DNA of 64,000 nt, taken from the NCBI RefSeq assembly GCF_009914755.1, contig NC_060947.1. One strand, written 5' to 3'. Position numbers and translations under genes: made by a program. This DNA comes from the human T2T-CHM13v2.0 reference genome, Homo sapiens. The notes below the pieces were generated by a model. That model worked only from the letters and a program-made list of their open reading frames with translations, searched no databases and had not been told where the DNA came from. This document shows, piece after piece, positions 15,575 to 33,785 of this stretch (its first letter is position 1; each line of letters starts with the position of its first letter).

Positions 15575-18035
15575 GGGTAACTTCAGAAATTTATTCGTAT
15601 GTCTTAATTCACAGAAACATTGGCACTTTACAGCAAAACAATTAGCATAATGAGAAATAAGTCACTGAGTGAGATGTGGTGTTTTGGAACAGGTATACAG
15701 CTCTGTCTCTAGAAAGGAACAGGGTTCTGCCAAGTGTCTTTGGTTTGGCAAGGGTTGTTCTGGACTTGTAGGAACATGTGGCGGCACCATCCAGAGGGAT
15801 TTACTTGCAGCTGATTTTGTGGGAGTTTTTCTTGGTCTCCTTGTGCAGTAAGTACAGCTTCAACTATTTTCATAACATTTCTCTTCAACTATTTTCATAA
15901 TATTTTTCTAATATTCTGGAAAAACAGAAAGTAACAAATCCCAGTGAGTGGACTTCTTGGTTCTATATCATTTCTCTATGGATCCCAAGTGGAGCTCTGG
16001 AGGTGACCTTCCCCTCTTCCCATCTGCACTACTCAGGGAAGCTCTGGCTACTATCCTGCCCCGAACCCTTTTCCCTCTTGACCAAGGGGTCCTCTTTAAA
16101 TGGTGAAATAATCTATGTGGCTATGTGTTGGGTCCCTCTGGGGTGGTTCTTTCCCACTTCTGACGGGCTCAAGAAAATTTTGATTTTTGTCATTTATCCA
16201 GCTTTTGCTTCGTGGTTTGACTGAGAGTGCCATCCTTTACTGGTTTCTACATATGAAGGAGAAGGGTTGTTTATGAGATGTTTCAAAATTTACGGGAAAC
16301 ATTTAACAAAAATGGCCACATATTGAGCTTCAAGGCACAACATAATAAATTCCTGTGGGTTGCAATCCCAGAGTATGTTCTCTTGTCCACATACTCGGGC
16401 GACTGGAAATCAATGGAAAAGGAAAGCAATGGGTAAGTCAGCACCTGCTCTGAAATTCAGCAATACACTTATAGAAAAAAAAAATTCTAAAAATACCAAG
16501 ACTTGGGACCCAGAAGAGAGCACAATGAAAGGTAGCCTGTATTAATATTAACGTGAATATTAATATGCCAATCTTTTGAGGAAATAAGCGTTATCTGACT
16601 TCTTCTAATGGCTGACAATGCTCTGTATAACTTGATGTTAGGGTCAAGGAACGTATATTAATCTTAGCTTTGGATTCATATCCCTAAAAGACCATGATTA
16701 CAAACACTGCAAACAAAAACATCAGGTAAAGAATCACATCGCCATGCCTTTAACCACCACGTGGAATATCACAGGAAGGCTGTTGTGGGTTCAGCTTCGG
16801 TCACTCGTCCCACATTGGGACAATGAGTGTTGCTCATAGACTTCAGGTCACTCATTGGCTGCACCACTGTACACTAGGGCATGAGCTGTTTCCGTGGACA
16901 CTCTGTAATTCTACTGACACACATCTGGAAGGAAGGAAGGTTTCTGTTCAAAAAGAAACGAAATGATTATTGTCAGTGCAAAAAGAGAATGAATTGCAAT
17001 AGTGATCTCAGAGTCAGGGAAGCTGGAAAACGAATGGATTCTTGAAAATTTATTTAGCTATATGTACACTGTAACTGTGCCTCGTTTGCTTATTTACATG
17101 GATTCATGGGGAGAAAGATGCTGAACACTTTTAGCAGGGTTACCTTGCTTCTTATATCAGCGTATTCACTTTCTCTCTTGCCATATCGCACATAATGAAG
17201 TTCTGGAAAATTCCACCATCCAGTTGTAGGAGAATGAGAGTGAAAAGGGTAAACATCAGTACATTGATAATATCACCACAAAGATAACCTAGAAAGATAA
17301 CTGATAAAAACGGCCATTTAGGAAACTGAGGACATGAAACACGATTACGGAAACACCCCCTACTTTTCCTTGGAGCATATTGCACTACAGATGTATTGGA
17401 GTTGACAGTGTTTTGCACTGTGGGAAAAATGCTTGAAAAACCGCAGAAGGCCACACGCCACATGCTCCCCAAGCCAGAACGGTGCCACCCACCCCAATCT
17501 CCAGTGGGGTCCCCTCCTTGGCAGGCCACTGGTCTTTAGGGCCACGTGTGGTGGTTCTGAACAGAGCATTTGGCTTTCCCGGGTGCTCGGGCGCTCCTGA
17601 GATAGCTCACTTGCTTTTGGTGTACCTGAGGGTGGCATTCGTGCCCTGAGACTCAGCGAGCTTGCCCATCTTCCCCGGCAGCAGCAGGCACACGGCCATC
17701 CGAATGTCCCGGGAGGTGATGGTCACGCACTTGGAGTAGTGGGCCAGGTGACCAGCCTCGGTGGCGATGCGGTCCAGTATGTCACGAACCATAGAATCCA
17801 TGACACTCACGGCCTCCTGGGAAAGGCTGAGGGCCTGGTGAACCTGCTTCAGCACCCGGGGGAAATAGGCGGCAAAGCTGTCCCCGAAGATATCTCCGCC
17901 GCTGTTGGCATGGCGCCTACGGGAGCCTCGAAGCCCTCACTTCTTCTGCTTCTGGGCCGTCATGGAGTTGGCCTCTTTGGGCTCCTGGATGCTCTGGTCT
18001 TCCTCAGAGGTTGTCTTAGAGAAAGCCTCAGCCAT
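15575..18035 (-). pseudogene. H2BW3P: Testis-specific histone H2B.W (H2BW2/H2BFM-like) pseudogene, three exons; probably H2BW3P
   Basis: Exon 1 CDS 18035(ATG)-17626: MAEAFSKTTSEEDQSIQEPKEANSMTAQKQKK*GLRGSRRRHANSGGDIFGDSFAAYFPRVLKQVHQALSLSQEAVSVMDSMVRDILDRIATEAGHLAHYSKCVTITSRDIRMAVCLLLPGKMGKLAESQGTNATLR. GT-AG intron 17625-17203. Exon 2 17202-17144 encodes TSLCAIWQERK* (stop 17168-17166). Putative 3'UTR exon 3 from the acceptor at 15915 with AATAAA at 15595-15590. In-frame TGA at 17939-17937. The symbol is from recalled locus order, not verified. Confidence 0.85.
17528..17573 (-). promoter_or_regulatory. Degenerate replication-dependent histone 3' stem-loop plus HDE-like element in H2B.W intron 1
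   Basis: Minus strand reads CCAAA-TGCTCT-GTTC-AGAACC-ACCAC (17573-17548) against consensus CCAAA-GGCTCT-TTTC-AGAGCC-ACCCA; AAAGACCAGT (17537-17528) lies 15 nt after the stem. Confidence 0.75.
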
Positions 18036-19125
18036 GGTGGAGGCAGTGGCCACTGGATGGCAAGAACAGACAATGACGGTTGTGGACAGGGGAAGGGTGG
18101 GGGGGAATTTAGTGTGGCCACATGGCTCTATGTCACAGTCCAACTCGACATCTGATTGCATGAAGTGTCACCCAGGGAGCCTGTCAGCCATCCTCCCTGC
18201 ATTGAAGGTGACTGGATGATCCTGTTGCTTGGTATCATGTCAACCAATCACAGTGGGCACCTGCCGGCCTAAGTGGCCCCAGTTGCCTCCCTCAGACAAA
18301 AGTACACAGATAGATACCCCACAGGGCAAAACCACATCAACCCTCCCCAGCTGATCCATGCCACACCGTGAGCACTTTGAAGGGTGTCACGGAAAACTCC
18401 CAAAGTTTAGCAATTTCAGCTCATGCTCCTTGAAGAGGGCTTGACCTCCTGAGCCCAAGTCCATTATGCCAGAGGAATGACAGTGGCCACGTGTGGACCA
18501 CTTCTCACCCATCTCAGAATCTTCTGTTATCAAGGGCTAAGCCACCCCGGCTTGAGCAGGAACACCCTGACATGGCTGCCGAAGGGTCCTGGGCATTAAA
18601 GGGACCTGGCTGTTCGGCTCCTGTCCTCAGTTATGATCGACACCTTCAGTGAATGTGGATAAGGAACGATGGCCAAACCACAGTCTCCAAGCACACAACA
18701 CAAACAGAAATTGAGATGCTTGTAAAAATATTACAAATCCTTAAACATGTGCGAAATTTAAAATTGTTTTCTTAACAGTATTTTGATCCCCAAAATACTC
18801 TGAATGTTAGTGTTGGTGAATAAGTGATGTTGGGTGAAAAAATGTTACCCCAATTCTCTAAGAAACCTCCTTATGGAGAAAAATTGAATCCATGAAATTG
18901 GAAATATTTTGAAGTTAAAAAATACCCTTCAAGAATCTATGATAATACATTCAGAAACATTTATTAAATATATGAATGTAAAACATAAATCCCAGAAACT
19001 GAACCAAACAAGGATTTAGCGATTAAGAAGAATTAAAGAAATAGCAATCACCAAGAAGGTACCATCCCAAATTCCAATGCTGTTTCCTGTCAGACTTTTA
19101 AGATCAGGTCATTTATTGCTAGTAA

Positions 19126-19453
<328 letters not shown>

Positions 19454-19515
19454 GACAAAACTTATTTCAAGAAAATATAATATGATGTTGATACCCATTG
19501 AAGGAAGCATACTAA

Positions 19516-19516
19516 A

Positions 19517-19547
<31 letters not shown>

Positions 19548-19670
19548 GTATATGTATATATATGAGCAGCTCATTTATAAATGTGGTTACAAAACTCATA
19601 CCTGAAATACTAGTAATTAAATTACATTACACACACCCACCCACACACACACACACACACGCACACACAG
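19516..19670. repeat. (TA)n and (CA)n microsatellites
   Basis: Seen at about 19516-19563 and 19628-19669. Confidence 0.9.
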
Positions 19671-20266
19671 GGAAACAGTTTACTGCTATAAATAAAAATT
19701 CAGAAGGATCGAACTGGGACAAACATTACTAATGGAACAAGCAGACCTCATACAATCTTTTTTCAACATTACCTCTGTTATAGAATTCATTTAAACACAT
19801 AACAAAAACCCACAGTGCAGAAATAGCTGAGTCAAATAAATCAATGAACCCTTTTTAAGCTTCCTAGAAACTGAAATAACTGCTCTAAGTCATTCACATT
19901 TGTCTAATTATATTATTTCCCAGTCTACAATCTTTTTTAATGCAAAGCTTAACCCCTATGAGTATGCATCACTTATGATAGAAGTATCCAATGAGAGCAT
20001 CCAAACCCCACTCTCCACTGGCTAAACTAATGAAGTATCTCCAGTCCTGGGCCTCAGCCATTGGCTCAAAATGTGAGCAGGTGAACTGTCCTGAATCAAT
20101 AAGTCTCCTCCTAGCTGTTCAGCCTTGTAAATTGAAGAGAAAATTAGTTTGAGGTTTTTGTCTACTTTTTATTTCTTTGTTTGATTTTTCGTTTTATTGT
20201 AATCGTGGTGATTTCAGGATATGAATCCACAGCTGTAAGCATGTCTTCTACCTCTCGCATCATATT

Positions 20267-20730
20267 GTGAAGAAAAATTCTTTGTAAAGGAATTTGGAGG
20301 AAAGAGGCTATTCCTGTGTACAGTTTGCAAACCAGGGAGGTGCAGACTTCAGTGTAAAACAAAAGTGCAGTTCCAGAGAACAAAGAGAGGATATGGCTTT
20401 TATAGAGAAAGTTCCTATCGAGGTTCCCAGTACAGTCAATTTATGCAAATAAACAATTCAAACTTAGTTCTGATTGGTTGACTCAGTTGAGCTCTGGTTG
20501 GTCAATACAGCTGAGCCCTTATTGGCAGCGACAGGTGAGCTCTGGTTGGTTGCTTCAGGTGAGCTCTGAAAGTTCCAAAGTTAGATAGAGGTGTGGGTTT
20601 TCGGGGAATTTGTAGTACACGTGTTAGCTCTAGTCAACACGTGGCAGCTTGGCTCTATTTTAAATTTAAGCTCAGTTAGCCACTGGGATCCATCTTGAAA
20701 GATTGGCTCTTTTAGGTTCTCATTTGTTCA
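20267..20730 (-). mobile_element. ERV1-type solo LTR with CCAAT-like repeats, octamer and TATA
   Basis: TGTGAA...TTCACA termini; repeated GAGCTCTG(A/G)TTGG units; ATGCAAAT at 20443-20450; minus-strand TATAAAAG at 20404-20397. Confidence 0.6.
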
Positions 20731-20769
20731 CAAGTTTAAGAAAATGACAGTGACCAATTAAGAAAACTA

Positions 20770-21070
<301 letters not shown>

Positions 21071-21384
21071 AGTAGGATGACTCTTCCTTTTTTTTTTTTT
21101 TTCAATTTGATTGTTGTGGGGCTTTTTCACTTTCAACCACATGTGTCTGACAAAATTAACCCACTATGGTAATATGAGACAATAAAAACATTTACTTCAG
21201 TACAATGCCTTCTCCAAAATGTGATTGGTCCTAATTCTTGACGGAATATAATACTCTTCTTATTTCATCATAGACTGACACTCTGGAATAGGGGGGAATG
21301 AGTGTGGACATGAGTGGGGGCACAGAAAAAGCTTTAAAGGGTGACTATTTACTTTTTTTCCTTATCCCAGACATTTTCCCTAGC

Positions 21385-21495
21385 ATAGTGACCATATGTC
21401 CTGATTTCGCCTGTTGTCCCTTAGTAATTCTTAATAGCATCCCTTTCACTCTGAAATATGTCCAAATTTACGACTCTGTACTTCCCAGGGTAACT
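21385..21495 (+). mobile_element. MER94-like MITE
   Basis: GTGACCATATGTCC..GCCTGTTGTCCC..TAATAGCATCCCTTTCACTCTGAAA resembles recalled MER94. Confidence 0.6.
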
Positions 21496-22283
21496 AGATC
21501 ATGCAGGAAGTTGTGAGTGTAGTAGCTCTCAGATCTTTGTTAAATGAACAGATAAATGAATGAACCTACATTAGATAAGAGACTGGCCCCTGACAACGTA
21601 TGAGACCATTGCTGAATTCTGTGGCTAGTCCACACGACCCTTCTGGACCTCTTGGACACAGACCCCTTTCCTGTACTGCACTTTAAAAAAAATTCTTTCT
21701 CTACAAAGCTGTCTGAGTCCCAGTGTTAAACCCATGTGAATGTCAGATTGTGTTTCCTCCATGGTTTGCTTATCAGCTTTACTCCTCCTAATAGCCCTTT
21801 GTGGTGTACATATTTTAGCCTCAATTTTTTGCAGACAAAACACAGAGTAACTAAGTAATGTGTCCAATGATCACACAGCTGATAAATGGAAGAGCAGGGA
21901 TTCAAATCCACGTCAGTCTGAGTCCAGAACCCAAGCACTTGAACGTTGTCCTCTGCCATCCTATCTCATATTGTAGTGATGGCACCTTCAAGGCATGGAT
22001 ACCTTAGGTAGACAGGATGAGGTGAGCCTCACCTTTAGAGCAAGTCTTTTCATAGCTTGATTTTTCCTTGAGGGCAATGTGATCAGTTCAGAGGTATAAA
22101 AGCAAAAGCATCAAGTTAGGTTTCATGCAAAGGTATACAAGGAACCTGATTTTCTCCTGAAACCACGGGAGTTTTTTCAAGCAGCAGTTAGGAAATTTAA
22201 CCATTCCCGTGCTCAATTCTGTGTTTCAATACATGTCTAAACCACATGCGTAGCCATTCCACGTTGCATAATTGTGTCCAATA

Positions 22284-22380
22284 CAGACGGACTCCAACTT
22301 AGGATGGTTCGACTTAAAATTATTTGACTTTACGATAGGTTTAACCGGACTGAACTCCATTGTAAGTTGAGGAGCATATG
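22284..22380. mobile_element. Short Tigger-family (MER46/Tigger4-like) MITE
   Basis: Imperfect terminal inverted repeats CAGACGGACTCCAACTTA / TAAGTTGAGGAGCATATG. Confidence 0.5.
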
Positions 22381-22484
22381 TTTATTCTGCTGCAAATTGG
22401 TGAGAGAAAGGGTGGGAATCAGGGAGTGAGAAATGTTTTCAGGTTAGGATTATACAGTCATTACTTGATAACCCACATTTAGCC

Positions 22485-22972
22485 CTGTGATGGCCAATTT
22501 TATGCCTTGTCTTGTCTTTCCAACCAGGGGGAGATTTTTTTCCCAAATAAACAAGGATAGAGATTTAGGTAACCCGACTTGGTTGGGTTACAGTATCTAG
22601 ATATGTGGTCAAATTTTATTCTGAATGTTTCTGTGAAGGTGTGTTTGGGATTAACATTTAAATCAATGGACCTGAGTACAACAGACTGCCCTCCATAATG
22701 GCCTGAATAGAACAAAAAGACTGACTTCCCCCAAGCAAGAGTAAATTCTGCAGCAAACAGCCTTCACACTTGAACTGCAATATCGGCTCTCCCGTGGGTC
22801 TTCAGCCTCATGGTCTTTAGACTTAAACTGTAATCTCAGCTTTTACCTGGGACTCCAGGCTGCCAGCCCATCCTGCAGATTTTGGACTTGCCAGCCTCCA
22901 TAATCACATGAATCAATTTCTTAAAATAAATCTATCTGTCTATCTATCTAGATAGATAGATAGATGATAGAT

Positions 22973-23016
<44 letters not shown>

Positions 23017-23052
23017 TCCTATTGGTTTTATAACTCTGGAAATCCCTAATAC
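22485..23052 (+). mobile_element. MLT2-like (ERVL) LTR containing a (TCTA)n(GATA)n tetranucleotide STR
   Basis: CCTGCAGATTTTGGACTTGCCAGCCTCCATAATCACATGAATCAATTTCTTAAAATAAATC..CCTATTGGTT..CCCTAATACA; STR at about 22929-23016. Confidence 0.8.
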
Positions 23053-23699
23053 AAGCTTTCTGCACCAAAACTTTGCTGCAGAGATCTCAGTGTTGTTTCC
23101 ACACATAAAGTATCCAGTTATATATCAGACATTTTCATTATTCCATTAATCAATATCTTTGCCTTTAATTAGTGACCACACAGTTATGTCAGTAGTTTTT
23201 CCTGGCTCTTTAGAGATGTTTCTTCACCATTTGATATGACTGGGGACAACAACATATTCAGTTCAATGGTAAAGTTGAGGACTTAATTGCAATTATTATT
23301 ACTGAAAATAACAATCCCTAGAACATAGGTAGATTCCACATGGCACCTATTAACCAGAAGATTGAATTAACTTACCCTACTTCTGACCTTGCCAGTTAAT
23401 TGCACTCCCTTTCATTACCACCCATATAACCGACACTCATTTTGGTTGGTGTCAATTAAACTAGGCATTGCTATAGTAATAAAAAGAGTCACCACGGACT
23501 GAGTGGCGACTATTCCAGGCATTGTTCTAAGTGCTTTACAGGGAACACTTTAATTGCCTTTCACAAGATCTCTGTGAAGTAGTGTTATTTCCTCCGTTTT
23601 GTGGATGAAGAAACTGAACCACAAAAGATTGTCACTTGCCCAAGATCAAACAGGTAGAAGATTACCAAGGCAAGAATCAAACATATTTCTACACATTTA

Positions 23700-24715
23700 A
23701 GCTTCTGCCCAGAAAAGAAAATATCATCAGAGTGAACAGGCAACCTACAGAATGGGAGAAAATTTTTGCAATCTTTCCATCTGACAAAGGGCTAATATCC
23801 AGAATCTACAAGAAACTTAAACAAATTTACAAGAAAAAAATACACAATCAAAAAGTGGGCAAAGGATATGAACAGACACTTCTCAAAAGAAGACATTTAT
23901 GTGGCCAACAAACATATGAAAATAAAAGCTCATCATGACTGCTCATTAGAGAAATGCAAATCAAAACCACAATGTGATACCATCTCACGCCTGTTAGAAT
24001 GGTGATCACTAAAAGTCTGGAAACAACAGATGCTGGAGAGGATGCAGAGAAATAGGAACACATTTACACTGTTGGTTGGAGTGTAAATTAATTCGACCAT
24101 TGTGGAAGACAGTGTGGCCATTCCTCAACGATATAGAACCAGAAATACCATTTGACCCAGCAATCCCATTACTGGATATATACCTAAAGGATTATAAATC
24201 ATTCTACTGTAAAGACACATGCATACGTATGTTTATTGCAGCATTATTTACAATAGCAAAGACTTGGATCCAATGCAAATGCCCATCAATGATAGACTGG
24301 ATAAAGATAATGTGCCACATATACACCATGGAATACTATGCAGCCATATAAAAAGAATGAGTTCATGTCCTTTGCAGGGACATGGATGAAGCTGAAAACC
24401 ATTATCTTCAGCAAACTAACACAGGAACAAAAAACCGAATGCCACATGTTCTCATTCATAAGTGGGAACTGAACAATGAGAACACGTGGACACAGGGAGG
24501 GGAACATCACCCACCTGGGCCTGTCAGGGGTTAGGGGCAAAGGGGAGGGAGAGCATTACAATAAATACTGAATGCATGCAGAGCTTAAAACCTAGATGAT
24601 GGGTTGATATGTGCAGCAAACCACCATAGCACATGAATACCTGTATAACACACCTGCATGTTCAGCACATGTATCCCAGAACTTAAAGTAAATTTAAAAA
24701 AAAAATTTAAAAAGA
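23700..24715 (+). mobile_element. 5'-truncated LINE-1 3' end (L1PA8/10-like)
   Basis: ORF2 C-terminal translation ([27 protein letters not shown]), L1 3'UTR and A-tail at about 24696-24714. Confidence 0.95.
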
Positions 24716-24837
24716 CTCCAAAGGCAAGACATTCTCATTAGGTATGAACATGCATTGGTTAAATTCTAGGAGTGTTTATAAAACTCACTGGCCTGCAGAG
24801 TTTCATGAGAATTGTAAGCTGTAATACTAAATGAGAC

Positions 24838-31815
<6,978 letters not shown>

Positions 31816-32544
31816 TGGCCTGTTTTTCTGTCATTACAGATTAATTTGATTTCTGAGCACAATGAAGGAGCAAAATGAAGCCTTGTTTGAACCAGTGATC
31901 CAAGCCTAAGACCACACCCCCCACATCCCTTGGGGTTGACAGGAAGCTCCAGATACCCACCTCTCCATAGCCCAGACCTCAAAATCCTCCCACCCTGATC
32001 TCCCTTGAATCTATTAGAACTCAACTAATGATAACATTTATCTCCATTTGTGCCAGTCACCACAAGTATTGCAAGACACCTCTCAACTGCTACATTCTAA
32101 CCTTCATAAGGTTGTGTCCACATCCCCTCTTTAGGTCACTCTCTCACTGCCCCCCTGCTAATAAAACACAATGCACCCTCAATAATTCCTCCATAGTCTA
32201 AGCCTCTTCTCTGAATGCCCCCTTCCCTGAGGACTCTGGATCCCCTGAAGCCCACTCACAAGGAGCAGATGATTTTTCTCTCCTACCACCACTGTACCAC
32301 AGATCCTAAAAGTTGTGTAAGGACTTTACTGCTTCTCATTGCTGCCTTTAGATAGCAATCCCTCTCCCACCTCCCTAAAAACTTCCAGCTTTTGACAGCT
32401 AGTGTCACCAACTAGCTCTTATTGCTGTTGTCAGAAATAGTCTCCCCTCATTTCTCAGACATTTTGTCTCTAAGAACATGGTCATTCTCAATGGCAGTTG
32501 TCCTGTCTTAATTCTTAGTGAGTTCAATATCAGTCATTCTAAAG

Positions 32545-32660
32545 CTAGACATGGTGATGCTCACTGTAGTCCTACCTACTCAGAAGACTAAGTTGGTAAG
32601 TTTGCCCAGGAGTTTGAGCCAGCCTGAGCAACCTAGCAAAACCCCCATCTCAAAACAAAA
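32545..32660 (+). mobile_element. Alu monomer (FLAM-like)
   Basis: CATGGTG..CTGTAGTCCTACCTACTC..CCCAGGAGTTTGAG..CAGCCTGAGCAAC..CCCCATCTCAAAA. Confidence 0.7.
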
Positions 32661-33454
32661 TCATTCTGATAATCTGACAAGCTAGACTCTTCTGTTCCTT
32701 GAACATTTCTCCTCCATGACATTTTCCTCAACTCCACCTCAGTTACTCACTCATGTACTCACTCATGTAGCCATACCCTAGCCCTTCTCACTATAATTTT
32801 GGGAACCCCTCTGTAATCTCAATTTCAAACATCCCTCTTTCTGACCATACACTCCTCCCTTTTTAGCCCACTCACTTTGGACCCTATATTCTTTCAACCT
32901 CACCAGAATCTTCAGTCCATTGACCTTATCAGATTTTTACTATCTCTTCTTCCCTTTATTGTCTTCTCTCTTCTCCCTTTCTAGCTCAGATGCCATGCTC
33001 AGTTTAAAACCACTCCTCTACATAATACCCTCCAGTATCCTGCCCCTCTCTCACTTTGTGTTGCTTGGCAAAATCACAACCCCTGGCTAAATCCAGCTAT
33101 GTCCCCATGAGCCCGCACCCACACAGCTAAAGCTGGCTAGGGGAAAATTCACAATCACATGACAACTGTCAGTTTAACTTAATGACCATGAACTCCAACC
33201 AGACTTTAATGCTGCTAGGCAATCATGCTGTCCCTTAACTTTCTGACTTTTCCAAGTTACTATTTTGCAACTCCCTTCTCCTCAAATTCCCAACACTATC
33301 TCCATATCCTAACTAACTCTTCCACTGCTTCCTATTTCACTGGAAAATTCAAGCCATCAGAAGAGAACTTCTAGAGACTCCTACCACCACATCACTTCAC
33401 CTACCTGCACCCACATCCATATACATGGTCTTCCTGTTGATATCATACACGATT

Positions 33455-33785
33455 ATTATGGGCTGAATTGTGTCCCTGAAAATTCATATGTTGGAGTCCT
33501 AACCCCCAGTACCTCATAATGTGACATAATTACCTCTTAAGTCAAAGCGAGGTCATTAAGGTGGGTCCTAACCCAATACTACTGGTGTCTTCTTATAAGA
33601 AGAGATAAGGACACAGATAACACAGACTGAGGGCTGACCATGTGAAGACACAGGGAGAAGATGGTCATCTGCAACTAAAGGAGAGAAGCCTCAGAAGAAA
33701 CCAACCCTGTGAGACAATAAATGTCTGTTGTTTAAGCCATCCAATGTGTGGAATTTGTTATAGCAATCTTAGCAAATTAATATAA
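33455..33785 (+). mobile_element. MLT1A-like MaLR solo LTR
   Basis: TATGGGCTGAATTGTGTCCC..AATTCATATGTTGGAGTCCTAACCCCCAGTACCTCA..GGAGAGAAGCCTCAGAAGAAACCAACCCTG. Confidence 0.8.

Noticed and set aside
15858-15908. ~25-bp tandem duplication CTTCAACTATTTTCATAA.ATTT in the putative H2B.W 3'UTR exon
   Set aside because: Ordinary slippage duplication with no sign of function.
17739-18219. Plus-strand ORFs of 138 and 104 aa over the histone pseudogene
   Set aside because: Antisense shadows of GC-rich histone coding sequence.
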